A stretch of DNA of 59,855 nucleotides, the filler included, from Sphacelaria rigidula (Eukaryota), in NCBI GenBank assembly GCA_964200075.2. It is 5 parts of 5 records of this genome, joined end to end, with 100 filler letters (N's around TTAATTAATTAA, not from the genome) between each part and the next. Parts side by side here need not be neighbours in the genome. Positions count along the whole stretch, not along the records: positions 23,985 to 35,875 come from CAXNAA020004367.1; positions 35,976 to 47,865 come from CAXNAA020004368.1; 3 more parts are not named here. One strand, written 5' to 3'. The position numbers and the translations under genes are program-made. Positions 24,225 through 37,699 of the stretch are shown piece after piece; within the stretch, counting starts at the first letter, position 1; every line of letters begins with the position of its first letter. The notes beneath the pieces were generated by a model. It was not told the origin of the DNA and made no database searches. It was given only the letters and a program-made list of their open reading frames with translations.

Positions 24225-25422
24225 GGGTCATACTTTCAATAGGAGCCATCACAACCAACGCAGAGTACAGTAGTAAAGTGACATGATGTCGCACTCTCTC
24301 TCATTCATTCCTCACTACTTGTCGCGTGGTGGACTTTCTTTTGTCTGTGCAGGACTTCTCACTGCCAGCTCAAAAACTAACAAAAAGTGCTCCGTGTTGA
24401 TTATTCCAAAGCTCAAAATGCGATGCTCGCTCTACTTCCCATCCATGCATAATGCAGACCGACGAACTATATATATATATATGAAAAGAAAACAGCTGCT
24501 CGCTTTTTGTGTGTCTGGGGGCAAAGAAAACCCAAGTCAAGAGAGCGTTGCGTGTACCGCAACAGACAACATCACGGCGACTGTATCATGTGCTTTTGTT
24601 TTGTTAGTTGTGTTGAGTCTATCGGTATCGCCATGTGCGCCGTGCCGTCTCTACAGCAATACGAGTGATTAACCTACAGACAGGACGATACACATGTCAA
24701 TGTGGTGTACACGGAAGCCAAACTGAAACACTGAGGACTGTACAGTGCTGCTGTACAGTCTAGAGTAGTGTCGTGTATCTCTTTTCCCCCTCCCGCTGCG
24801 TTCCTCCCTTCGTCTATGGGTATCACTGAAGGATCACATTCTACCATGCCCCGGGTGAGCGCGACCCCTTTCTGCCGTCAGCTGATAAATTTAACCCCTT
24901 GATCGCCACAGGGTGGGTACTCTTGAAGTGAAAATTATGCCGAAGAAATAGAGGACCCACCCTTGGGGTGACATGTTCTCCATGTTCTTTGAAACCGCGC
25001 AAGGATGCTGAAGAGACGGCAGGATGCACATGGCGGTACCGACAGACTCAGCACATCCAACAAAAAGCACATAATACAGTCGCCATGATACTGTCTATTC
25101 TGGTACACGCCACGCTCTTCACCTTGGGCTCTCTGTGCGTCTCTGGGTACGCAAAGCGGCAGCTCCTTTCCCTTGATACTTTGTGGTGTGCATCATCATA
25201 CATGGACGGGAAGCAAGCGAGCATAAAATTTTGAGCGTTGGAATAATCAACAAAGCACTTTTTTCTTTTTTGTGAAGCTGGCAGGGAGGTCACGCAGAGA
25301 CAAAATTAAATCGACAACGCGATGAGTAGTGAGAGATGAGAGAGTGTGCGACGTCATGTTACTGTCGTGCTGATGTCTGTACTCTCTGTTGGTTGTGCTG
25401 GCTCAGACTGAAAGTATGATCC
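24225..25422. mobile_element. Foldback element with ~420-430 bp diverged inverted arms
   Basis: 24225-24660 aligns to the reverse complement of ~25005-25422 (GGGTCATACTTTCA... / ...TGAAAGTATGATCC). The minus ORF at 25048 mirrors the plus ORF at 24283. No TSD found. Confidence 0.75.
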
Positions 25423-25544
25423 AAGTCACTACGGTCGGAGTGGTCATGAGGCACGTAGCAGCTGCAATTGTTTTTGCCATCTTCCGAGGGTGCCGATGGT
25501 GCACCCGGGTGCACGTATAATTTGCCCGGATTTCAACATCTCAA

Positions 25545-25643
25545 CCCCTTGACCGTGAGCGTAGGGCATATGTGAGATCAGCATCAATTTCATTTGGAAC
25601 CGTGACAGCATCGCCAGATGTCGTACCCCCCGCGATCAAGGGG
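25545..25643. mobile_element. 99-bp piggyBac-like MITE
   Basis: TIR CCCCTTGA(C/T)CG(T/C)G. TCAA direct repeat on both sides (25541-25544, 25644-25647). Similar TTAA-CCCCTTGA ends at ~24891 and ~26032. Confidence 0.65.
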
Positions 25644-27119
25644 TCAAAAGATACCAGTAGGGTTAACCGGCGTTGGGTAGCGATACTTGTAAAATGTGTC
25701 GGCCATGGACAGCTATAGCCCAACGGCGGTTAACTAGCCTCAAAGAGAGAGGCAAAGAGAGAGAGAGAGAAGAGATAAGGCATAGGTATAGCATCCCCCA
25801 TAATAAACAGGTGGCACGACAGAGTTTGCACAGGGCAAAACCGCACAGCAACGCCCTGCCCTGTTGTACTTATTTTATTCTCCGTTTGATGATGCACGCA
25901 GTCACTAACGTAATTTCGAGATTGTGGTAAGTGGCGTGGGGGGAAGGGAAGTTGCAGGGGCAGCCGACGAGAAGGTGGAGAGACTGCGTACATCAATATT
26001 CGGACGGACCTTCATGGCTACTCCCATCGTGTTAACCCCTTGACAGCGAGCATAGTTCGTCTGTTGAATCAGCATTATTTTCACTTCGACAATAAATGCA
26101 TGGTCCGATGACCTAACCCTTGCGGTCGATGGGGTAAGAATCGCTTCGACTATGGAGTTCATGATGGACCACGAATGCGACACGCCCATGCTCTCCGTGC
26201 CCCAGGTGCTCTGTTCTTCCAACGCCCGCTTCTGAATGAATTCAAGGACCCCGGGCGTCCATTGCTTGGCCACAAAAATGGCCCACGCAAACACTTGTTC
26301 CGCCCATTGACAGAGGGGGGACAGGGGCGTTCTTGGAGGGAATCCCCGCTATAGAATTACGCAATCTATCTGAAAATCATGAGTAGGAAGGTTGTGCTAC
26401 GCCTGCACCACAGGCGAATATATATATGTGTTGGTGCTTGAAAGTGTATACACATATACACATGTAAAGTGACCATATGTGCTTTATCATGATCTCCGTT
26501 ATCAGCGCGTGAGTGCTTGGGTTCGTCGGTGGACATTATCATAGTGCCAGAAAGCACCCACGTGATTTTGGCAAGCCTCGGACCGGCACATCGACAAAAA
26601 AGATAGGCGCACCAAATGGTGGATAACAACAACTGGGTGGCGCATCTGTTGGATGGACATCAATTTCACTCAGCGAAACAGAACCCCTCCTTCCACTAGA
26701 CGAATATGTCCGGCAGGTGAGAAAGACATAACCGTTGTCCAACAAGAACATCTCCGCTGTTTTTACCCTCCACCACTGTCGATCATCTTGCGCACGAGAC
26801 GGTGACATGCAAACGACGACAGCTGCCGAGTCACCGCAGATTGCCCGACATCGTTGCCCTGTGACAACTGAGGTCGAATGAAGGCGACACACAACATGCC
26901 TGCTTTCGCAAAAAACAAATATATATATATATATATTTATATTTAGAGAGAGAGAGAGAAGTGGGTACTGAGCGGTTGCACGCAGAACGAAACAACTTGC
27001 GTGAGAAGAACTCCCGAGCGCTTCTTCTTTTTTATTTTGTTGAGTCGAGCGTACCGCCCCTCCTCTACAGCTCTCCGTCGTAAACGTTCAGGGTTAAGAC
27101 GAGTCATCACGACTACGAA

Positions 27120-27348
27120 TCACCAGATCTACGATTTTTTCGGCCTGATTGCCCGAAGGGGAGAAAAAAGTTTACCGCTGGTCCAAGGGGTATCCACGCA
27201 GTGTTTGGGCCATCCCACGTGTCTGAGCTGCGTGCACCTGGGTTGCAACGCTGAAAACAAAGCCCAGGGATTGATTCGTACGAGTCGAATCAATTACACT
27301 AAATCCAAGTGATTTGCAGACGAATCGTTATTTGTCCGACCCTTGTAA
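27120..27348 (+). repeat. Dispersed repeat homologous to the interior of the TIR element at 48665-49478
   Basis: GGCCTGATTGCCC...CGCTGGTCCAAGGGGTA...CCACGTGTCTG...TATTTGTCCGACCCTTG is shared with ~49165-49385. Confidence 0.8.
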
Positions 27349-30300
27349 ACATCCCATATGCCATCATCATGCAAGGCATTCGCGCCGGCTACCGCTGCTG
27401 CTACAATACGAGCAAATTCCCATGTAGGTCTAGCCCCGTATCTTCCGGAATCTTGGCACCCTGCGGGCAGTGTGTCGCGCCTCGAGCATATATATACATT
27501 CTTTTCTTCATCTCTCACCACGACTGTCTGTTCTGAACCTACGTCGCACGTCGTTCAACTACACCGTGCTGTTGTACCGACTGACTGTGTACTGTACATG
27601 GTGCACTCTTCTTCAATAGCCCGTGTGTACAGGTGCGACACTACAAAAACAATCAGCGCGTGTGTATAGCGGTATGTCGACGCTACACCGTGCGCGCCGA
27701 GGATGAAAAAAGACCGCATTGCTTCCGTGGAGCTGCTTAGTGCAATCTTTATTATTGCGCTCAGTTTTCCTCTTCACCGTTCACAAGGGGCCGAGCCCCA
27801 CCGACCGCGAGAAGTGTACATTTTTGCTTCGTGTCATCCGCTACATAGCTCACTTCGTAAAGTGTTCTTCAACAAGATGCAAAAAATCGAGCCCGATACG
27901 ATTGGGTTCAACTCCGGCAGCGATAACCCCCCCCCTCCCCCTCAGACATGAACCTTTCTATGCATTTTAATTACATCAAGACAATAACGGAGTGGACAGG
28001 CGATGGCAGACTTTGAACTATTTTCCTGATAACACGATTGGGTCCACCTCCGGCGGCGACAAAACACGCCCAAACGTGGACATCTACCCGCATTTTATGA
28101 CACCGTAAAGACTGAGAAAAGTGGACAAACTACGGATGATTGTGAAATAGGTTCTGATGATACGATTGGGTACAACTCCGTCAGCGCACTCAGACATGGA
28201 ACATCCATCTGCCAAGAAGACCAACAGAGTGAGTGGACAAGCCACAGTCGGTTCTGAATGTTAGGAAAAAACTCTGACCGGGAAAGTCGCACATTGCTCC
28301 TCAAACGGCTGGTGCTCGATAGCCTCCACTATAGCTCTTACTCAACAACAACCACGTACATAAAAGTAGATGGTTCTTGTTAGATTGCCACGCGAAGAAG
28401 AATCTCTACTCTTGGTCAAACCGCGCAGCACCAAACGATGGTTTAAAAACTGCTTCACACTCCTCCCTTCGACCGCGAGGGGTAATTAGTCCATCTGGAT
28501 CATGCACACTTTCTTTCAAGTGAGCTTGATGCCGATTCAACAGATGATCTATTCTTGCTATCCAAACGGTTGAGGACGGGGAGACTAAACACAACACATG
28601 GTCGACGCTCGCCCAACGCGCAAATACCGAAAGCATTTGGTCGGAACACTTTCTACTACTAGATGGGCGAGGCAGGCAAAGTATGGATGCGGATGTAAGT
28701 ACGCATTCCATTACTTGTGTAGGTAGCAGGATGCGATGTTGTATACTGCCCGGATAATGATGAGCGCTGAGCACACACTGCGGCTTCATCTCGAAACTTT
28801 CTGACACGCTCTGTCAAACTGCCAGTCGGTATTCGTACCTCATGTTCCTCTTTGGTGCTTTTTTGATGTCGGCTTTTAATAATTGTCCCGTCCAGAATTT
28901 TCGGTTTCATTACGTACGGAAGTGGGGGGTTCAAAAAATGAACGCAGCTTTGTTGCGGTTCAGGGCAGCGGGCCAATCACACCGCTTGTTTCCGACTTCC
29001 ATTTCGATTTTTTGATTATGCATTTGTTTTTTGCCATCACTTTGGCCGCCAGGGTGGGTTCGCCTGAATGAAGGGATGCAATGGGGTGTGAGGGTTAGTG
29101 TGGGGTGACGTGGGGTTTGTCGGTTGCCCGGGTTTTTTTCGAACCAGGGGAAGAAATTATATCGACTGAGACTCATAGGACCCACCCCGGCGGTCAAAGG
29201 GTCAGGCCATGTCTAGAACAAATCTGTTCGTTAACTCTGTTTGCACCCAGACGTACGCTCACCAGATACCAGTTCAAGTCCCACCATCGATACACTCTTT
29301 GTGTCCAGATCCGGCCTGAATCTGAACCCACGTTCAAAGATGCGGTTGTTCTCCAAGGGGTCGTCGGCCCACCACCCCCGATTTCATCAAGGTACGCAAG
29401 ATGCTCCAACAAGGACACACAGTCACCTACACACCGAGCTTCGAAAAAAAATACACGCGGGTTGGCTCAAGCGCCCACCCGTTGTAACGTGCGGTACATC
29501 GCAGTATTTCGACAAAATTTCGTCGAGTATTGGAGGAAGGGTGGCCGCGCACGTGTCGTCTTTCAACCAAAAAAGCTGCCGATGCTGATCTTCGTGTGGA
29601 GACAACTATACTCTATGCCCCTTTTGAGCCCGCCGACACAATCTCTTGTTTCTCAAGAGAACTCACTCAAACCATGTATGCGTCTTCAGCTGATCATGCG
29701 CTACTATGCGGCTCAAGCTGTATGATCTTGGTCGACGAGGAGCATTGGGGCTCTCGCGTTCACGCATGCGTGGGTAGTGTGAGGTGGTGTGTTGCACTTC
29801 AGCATGTGTCCCTGGTGTTGCAGTGTGTATGTTCCCCTTCGAGCACCCTGATAACCGTTTCGCGCGAACCGACTCTGAAACTCCAGTTTCCATATTTGGT
29901 TTGCGCAGATGTATATCGGTACTCCCTTCGGGGAGTTGGACCCACACCGAAAAGTTGAAGAGCACGCATAACTTACCAATTAACCTGCTCGGTAAGACGG
30001 AGACTCACGATAGGTCCTTGAGGGTCGTAGGAAGCAAGTAAGATGGTGGAGTAAAACCTCATTGCAAGACAAGCAACGGCATGAGCTATCTGGGAGGGCA
30101 TGGGGCTCTGGTTTGGATTGGATGCGTAATCATCCCGCTTGTATTTCGTCTTTCCAAGCCTTGTTGCAAGTATTTGCATGTGCCCACTCTCGAGGAACAG
30201 GGGTGCCTTCGCCTTTTTTATAAAAATAAATTTCCGAAATGAGCTCGCTGTCCGGGGATGTATAATCACGTTAACAGGAACATATCGTATGAAGGCAATT

Positions 30301-33300
30301 TTGACTGTCATGTGAAAACAGAACAGAAGGTGTAGATGTCTCGCCGACTAGTGAATTGGTCGTGGGGTGATGGCTTTCGTGATGAAACACATGATGAAAC
30401 CCGCCCCTTTTCACCCGCCCCCCAATCTCTTTTGGTCACTCTGCTGCTGGATATCGATCGGTGCAGTACACGATCGATCCTACAGCTCCCGCCCGGCCAC
30501 GAGCATATGTACTCCGAGAGTGTAGAGTGCTGCGTTTCGTCATGACACACACACACACACATTGAAAGCCCCCGCCTTGAGACCTAGTATTGTTCCGAAA
30601 ATGGGTAGGCAACCCGGATCATGAGCTTCGTGCACCGAGTACCGCCCACACTGAACCTGAAAATAAGCAGCAGTGTGTGTGTGTCATACAGTAGAAATAT
30701 AGTATCAGCATGCGTGGTACAGGCTGGCACGAAACAATACTTGAATTTTTCACAACCTTTGACATTATTATGAGAAGGATTGCGACAAAAGCCAATATTT
30801 TCATGAACGCCTTGACACCCCGCCAAGAAGGAAGCACCCCTGCTACATATTTTTGGTGACGTCTGAGACGTGCTAGGGATTTTGACATGATGGGCTCTCC
30901 CATTTAAAGTGGGTAGGTACAAGAATAGTTGATGCGAACTAGGTCTGGAACCTCCGTCACGCGGGAGAGGGGCTTAATGAGAACGTGTCACCCCCTTTCA
31001 TTCTTTCGACTCAACAGTCAGTATTCTGTTTCTTGTTTGCCCCAGCTTCGTCACGGTTCACCTGTTTGCTTGTTTCCTCACATCTATTTTATACTGAAGC
31101 AAACCCCGTGGCACACCACCATAGCGATTTTCATCGTGTACATATACCACCAACTGCGGGCACCTGTCAGGGGTACGCACACAGCAAGTAGAACTTTAGG
31201 AATTGATTCATTGAGGTAACTCAAGTGTCTTGGCCTTGTCTAGTAAATGCTCAAGCCTTTACAGGCCCTTGATGATGAGCTGATATAAGCTCTCATCTCG
31301 AAGTGCTTTGCTACAGCAGTCGTGTAGGCTTCTTGAGCGCGAGTAGGTGTCTAGTATACAAGGACGCCCGACGACGAGGAAAACAAACGGGAGGACCCCT
31401 GGAAATCTCAGTTGCAGCTTCAAATCCTCCAACGTTACTCGAGAAAGTGTTCATCTATATATACCCCTACCTCACGGATAGCGAGGTCACCATACTGCAC
31501 ACACAGCCTTTGGGACAAGCGCCTACAATAGAATGGAGGAAGGAAGTAGGGGACCATTCGGTAAATACACAGACCGTCCAAAGAATTGCCGATACGGCAC
31601 CGTCTATCCTGACAACTGCAACGTGGTTCGAGACCAATTTTGTTCACACAAGCACGTGCGAAAATCCCACACAAGTCACACCGCCACAAAGCAGGTACAG
31701 TACCTCAACCATCTCGTCTTCGACGACCGCAGGGAAAGAGCTCAAGCAAGTGCTGCTGCTTCTACAGTAGCGGGGGACAAGGTCAGGCGCTACAGCCGTC
31801 GCAGTGGTCCGCTAGAAGTGAGCTTACCCGGTGACCGTTCCTAGTACGTGCATACTGACGTTGTACAATACGCAAGCCTACTGGGCACGTAGTTGCCAGT
31901 AGAAGAATCGGAGACGGTACTGCAAGTACAACCTCAGGCGTGAAATGGTTGGCTAGCCGTTCAATAAAGATGGAAGTATACCGCGGTCCTGACCCTAAAA
32001 ACGTCGTGTTCGTACATCGGAGACTTACCGATAAGCTGAAAGAAGGGGTTGAGCCTCACGTCGATGGGTTCAAAATTGAAAGTTCCGGCATACAATCAAC
32101 CAAGATACTGCGTGAGACGTATCCCACCCTTCTACCCCCCCTTTTCCTGCCCGCCGCACATCCCCTGATGAAACCGGCCCGATACTTGTGCGCATCCCCG
32201 GTACGGTATCAAGTGCGGGAAAACAAATGCTGACGAGCAGAAAATATTTAATATGATTTGCTACACTGATGCAATGTATCATTCCGACGTTTAGCCGAAC
32301 AGGTCACAGGATGAATAAATCGATCCAAATCCGGACGAACTTTTGTCCGACACTGATGAAGAAAATGAGGAGATATACAACAACAATGACCTGTTGTACG
32401 GCATGAAGGGCGGAGCGAAGGTACGTGTCTGGTACAAATGTGCGATACCATCATGTTGGGGCACCCGTTGACAACACTCCATACGAGTACTCACTGACGG
32501 ATGCCTGTATGGTACTCATGATGTTGACATTAGAAGAAGCGCATTTCTTGATTCTGAGTACTGAAACGGGATGCGGGCTTCGTATCTACGAAAAATAGAC
32601 GTGGATACGTGTTGGGCCAACTCCAGGAAGAGACGGTACAGGGGCTGAGTCGCGGTCGATCAAACACGCACGAAATTGAACACGTTGTGGTATCAGAGAA
32701 GAGCCCATGAGCTTTGAGAACTGTTGGGAACTGAGTGTCTGCAAAAGATGTCCATGGATCTTGATGACTCGAAAATCTCAAGTGAAACTACCTTATTTTA
32801 TTCAACTGAGTCGGGAGGAAAATTGACACCAACACACCACGCCCCCCACCTACCGTTGGACTCGAGAGTCACACTCGACATACCACAGCTTCCCCTTCCC
32901 CTTCTCCACGTCAGCTAGGTTTCGTACCTCATGTACCATTGGTACGCCCGCATGAAAGACAGCACAGAACATCGAAACGCAGCACCGGGTGTCGAATTGC
33001 TCGAACAGTCGAAGAACGATGTCTTGTATTTTTTTGTTTTGTTTATTATACAAAAGAGGGATCTTCGCACCCACTTGGCAACCGCAGTCGACCGTGCAAA
33101 AATCGTGAAGTGTCATGTTACATGGTTCATGAACTGCGATGCGGATGCGAAAGAGACGCACTCCAGAGGATAGTTGGCAATGGGAACAGACGCTGCCCGA
33201 GCCATACGTTGTCACTTCGTCATCGTGTGGCATGCTTCCTGCATGATAATACCTCGTTATTCCAGATGCACGGTCGACGTCCAGGTTTCGCCCCCAAGCG

Positions 33301-34829
33301 TACCGCCATAGGACAAATACGTACGAACACAACAGTTACATAAGGAATGAAAAAAAAGATGACTGAAAGCTACTTTTTTGGTATTTTAGTAAGAGAGGTG
33401 CGGGCAATTATCTCACCGCAGTGGTCCCGAAGAGCAAGAGTACCCGTGTCGATCGTTTGGTCGATTCGTCGACGAAACAAGCGATTTCTCATCCACACAC
33501 CCAAGCAAAGCGAGCGGTCTCGAGGGAGGGAGTGGTGTTACACAGAAAAGATACAGAATTGAACCCGCGAGTGGGAGATACGGTTTTCTGAGTCATAGAT
33601 ATTTCTGAGGTAGTATGGAGGGGTGGGTGAAGCGCGGGCTTCAATGGACGTTCACGACCTGTTTGCATATTCTCTATTATAAGGCACCTGTGTGTTTCTT
33701 CTGTTACCACGTTCCAAGTGCTGCCTTAGTGCGCATCGCGCATTCGTGATTACGATGAAAAAAAACGACGCACGCGACTCAAATCATTTTGGTCTCGCTT
33801 GAGGACGAACGCAGGCGCGAATGAGAATAAACTACTGATGCGGCAGTTCGCAAGTATATCATAGTCTTGTTCTCGCGATGTATCTCGATGAGGTTCTCCT
33901 CCGGAGCTTGGAGATATGTCAACTACGGAGGAACCGATGATATTTTCCAGGATTTTTCATCACCACGTAAGCGCCCTCTGTGTCTCGATCGGAAGGCAGG
34001 ATTGCAATTTCCTCCGACTTCTTGTTGTATGTCTCATGCGTCTCGTGGTGGGGAGAGAAAAGTAGAAGCGAAGAGAGAGAGAGAGGCAGACAGAGAGACA
34101 GATAGAGTACAGTGGCCAACACGCGCCGCGACCGACATCCTATGCACTCATGGTGGTGCTCGCGAAGTGGCAGCATTCAAGGCGTATCGGTAGGAAGCTC
34201 CGGACTCTGTCGGGTCTGCTCTCGCAATTGAACTTCCGCATTTCTTCTCAAGTTTTTTAATCTTGGTTTGGATGAGGATAAACAACTACGATTTAGTTCT
34301 GGCCCCCGACCTACCTACAACAGTTCTTACAGTTCACTTCCTCCGTAGGAAGGTCTCATGTAGCGATCAACTCTCAACGCTCGTCGCATCATTATGCGCC
34401 CAGCGTGTTCCCACTGCATTTTTTGTTGAACATGCTCTGTCGCCCTTCCCCACGCTGTTTTTTTGCTGCGCAAGTGTTCAACGTGATGAGGTGCGATGGC
34501 GCAGCTTCCTCCGATCTGCGGCAACAGTTTGATCTCAACAAAAAGGGTCGCTTATTATAACTCAAAGTACATTCGAACACACCTTTACCTACCACTCTTA
34601 TGCTGACGCTAGCAGAGGTACTACGGTCCCAGTTGTATTGCTGTGCTTTGACGGTGCTACGCTCAAGGGTAGCCTACCGTCGTGAGTCGTGTCGATTGTA
34701 TCGACCACGTACGACTATCTGTACGGAATCTCTCACCGAGTTGTTGCACTGGCAGGCCTCCGGCTCCAGAAGGCAGCAGCCACAACCAAAATAAGCAGCC
34801 ACAGCAAAAGAAAGGAGAGATTCCAATAC

Positions 34830-35380
34830 GCCACAACCTACTAAAAGCCCCCGGCAACATCTGCGTGATACGTGCTAGCCCAGAAGGTGCGGAACCAAAT
34901 GTAATGTAAGAACTGCAGAAGATGCGTGCACAGGTGCGTGAAAATGGTTGACATGGTTGAGAAAACACGGAGATCTACGAAATAGCGGTGGAAATATGTC
35001 AGGAGATGGCCATGTACTTTCGGAGATTCCCCGTTTGAGTAGCCGGGCATGAATATATTCGGAAGAGAGCATCCACCTGTTGCTACTAGTTCGATCTTCA
35101 CTCTTCCTCTGATGAGAGGTATTCGGTGTACCCACCACGCGTTCCTGGGATCGGACTTATGTGATGTTAGGGATAGGCCTTGCACTTTGCTTGCACAAAC
35201 CGTCTAGGAGTAGACATGCAATCGTCAAGGCTACATTTTTGAGATTTCGAGTTGAACACTGGAGACTCAAACAGGCTGGTAACGGTGAACACCCAAAATT
35301 ATGTAATCAGCAAATGACTTCCGCAATACGTACCCAATAGTCGCATATGGTGTCATCCTGACCGCGATGAAGAGACGAAG
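34830..35380 (-). pseudogene. Probable decayed KDZ (Kyakuja-Dileera-Zisupton) transposase catalytic region
   Basis: Allowing frameshifts, the motifs occur in KDZ order: ...FWVF..SLFESPVF...LDD/ACLL/RRFVQAK (YDxACxL), HRYFVD...FLNHV (VDxxHxxNH), TCARIFCSSY (C..C.PY), RITQMLPGAFSRL (NT..CEQ.FS.L). Manual reconstruction. Confidence 0.45.
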
Positions 35381-35875
35381 AGGGTGACATAGCCCGATTT
35401 TTGTTCAAGGCCGTAGCGGTGNNNNNNNNNNTGTGTCTCAGCCAATCAGCGCCCTTCAAACTGTTCCGAGATCGAAATTACGAATTCCAAGCCCCATTTT
35501 CACGCAATCTCCACATGCTTCAAATCGTTGTAACTGCCATCGGCACAGGAATCCAACGAGAATATATATAATATATATATATATATAAGATATAAACGGT
35601 TAATGCGGGGGGGTCGAATTATACCCCAAACCGTGATGTTTCGGTGATGGCGGGGGTTGGCGTCGTCTAGTTTCCACTGTTGATACGCACGAAAAACCCA
35701 CGGAGCCTCGTGACGATGTCCCCTATATATCTGTCGTACAAAAGCTCAGATCGTCCTCAAACTCGGCAGTTCCGTGGGTATTGATGCTCGAAATGGAAAA
35801 ATCGTATTCTTGACAAGGGGCCCTACAGACTGGAAAACGGTGTTCACCCCCCCAATTTCCCGAAAACCTCATTCT

Positions 35876-35975
35876 NNNNNNNNNNNNNNNNNNNNNNNNN
35901 NNNNNNNNNNNNNNNNNNNTTAATTAATTAANNNNNNNNNNNNNNNNNNNNNNNNNNNNNNNNNNNNNNNNNNNN
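35876..35975. other. Artificial scaffold spacer
   Basis: 44 N + TTAATTAATTAA + 44 N. Confidence 0.97.
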
Positions 35976-37610
35976 GTAAAAAGAAATAATGACTCGAGCA
36001 CACGAGTCATTGCTCATTGTGGAAAAATTTTCATAGGGCGAGCACTCGAGTCATTGCTTGTTGTGGAAAAAAAATAATAGGGCGGGCACTCGAGTCATTG
36101 CTCGTTGTAGAAAAATATTAGTAGGGCGAGCACTCGATTCATTGCTCGTTGTGGAAAAAATTAACCCCTTTGGGACCGGACCCTCAGAACGACCAATGAG
36201 GCTGGTTAGGAATGACGTGTCTGACGTCTGCACGAAACAGTGGCATGTTGCTGAAAATCCGCGTATGTAACCGCGGAGTTATGAGGAATACCGAAAGTTT
36301 CATCCAATCTATTTTCAGGCGCATAGGGTGCGCATTAGGTAATAATGTACATCTAATGTAGCAAGCAGTTTGGGTCGCGGTAGAGAGCTTTCAACAGAAT
36401 GCGGCGACCGGCGGGCCGCCCGCCACTTGTGGCCTTGGATGATAGTGATGTTCCCATCACCTTGCCACACAGCCCTTCGTGGTCGGATTGGGCAGCCATT
36501 TTCCTCTTTGTTGCAGTAGACAAATGGTCTTCAAAGGGTATGGGCGTTGCGGCGCACATACATACTGTACAGCACAGTGTAGTACAGTAAGTGCAGTACG
36601 CCTCTCCGACTGCAGCAGCAGCTCCCGCTGCATACTCCCTCGCACATTCTGGGCAGTTCTCAGCGACGGAGGTTAGCTGTCTATACACAGCTTATTCATC
36701 CCCGCCAACCACATACCTGTTCACAGTATTCTACAAGTCATCGGCAGAGGGATAAGCAGAATAGTTCTTGACGGTAGCTCCTTTTGTCTTTCCACGGCCC
36801 ACCTGAGTTTTGTGCCTCGTGAAATGACCACTTTGTGACATGTACACCCCTTCCCCGTTTTCCCACTCCACCCTGTATTAGTGTAATTACTACGTTTTGG
36901 TATAGGCTGGCGACTCCAAAAAACTCCTGGGAAACCCCGGTAACGCTATACTGATTGCAAGTAATACGATAAGCCATGCTCCGAGCACCCTGGCTTTAGA
37001 AACCTGGGAAGGCTTATCTGGGCCAGGGATAGGGCCCCCACACCATCTTTGCAGTGACATCACACTCGGCAAGAGTCCCCGCGCCGGTCGTTCGGGTCTG
37101 GTCGATGAATTTCGCCTCGCCGTGATGGGGCAGGTCGCTCCCTGACTTATTTTTTCATCATTTCACGGAGACATGGTCAACCTCGTGTTATTGGGGGTTC
37201 GGTCCCATGCAAAAGGGTCAGTAGGGCGAGCACTCGAGTCATTGCTCGTTGTGGGAAAATATTAATAGAGCGAGCACTCGAGTCATTGTTCGTTGTGGAA
37301 AAAGATTAATAGGGCGAGCACTCGAGTCATAGCTCGTTGTGGAAAAAAATAATGGGGCGAGCACTCGAGTCATTGCTCGTTGTGGAAACAAAGTAATAGG
37401 GCGAGCACTCGAGTCATTGCTCGTTGTGGAAAAAAAAGATAGGGCGAGCAATTGAGTCATTGCTCGTTGTGAAAAGAATTAATGACTCGAGCACACGAGT
37501 CATTGCTCGTTGTAAAAAAAAAGTAATGACTCGAGCGCACGAGTCATGCTCGTTGTGTTTTCAAAAAACACCCCCGAGTGCACTCGTTTCGACGAGTAAT
37601 GACTCGTTCG
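35976..37610. repeat. ~43-bp tandem repeat array (35976-36160 and 37221-37560) interrupted by an insertion
   Basis: Unit TAGGGCGAGCACTCGAGTCATTGCTCGTTGTGGAAAAAA(A/T)n. Outer units carry the hairpin variant AATGACTCGAGCACACGAGTCATT. Confidence 0.9.
36165..37217. mobile_element. piggyBac-like non-autonomous insertion in the tandem array
   Basis: Left end TTAA-CCCCTTTGGGACCGGACCC; right end GGGTTCGGTCCC(ATGC)AAAAGGG-TCAG. The array resumes in register after the insertion. Confidence 0.6.
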
Positions 37611-37699
37611 ACGTGTGAAACATATGAACACAATCCGTGGTACTCGCCTCTCGTCGGATCCCTGCTCGTTGAAGGGAAAGTTCGACTCATCCGGAAACG

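Noticed and set aside
29105..29958. 206-aa and 142-aa ORFs
   Set aside because: No recognisable domain or convincing splice structure; left unannotated.
35976..37560. CRISPR-like array (palindromic ~36-bp repeats)
   Set aside because: Spacers are only a few A/T bases and not unique, there are no cas genes, and the context is eukaryotic. It is a tandem repeat.
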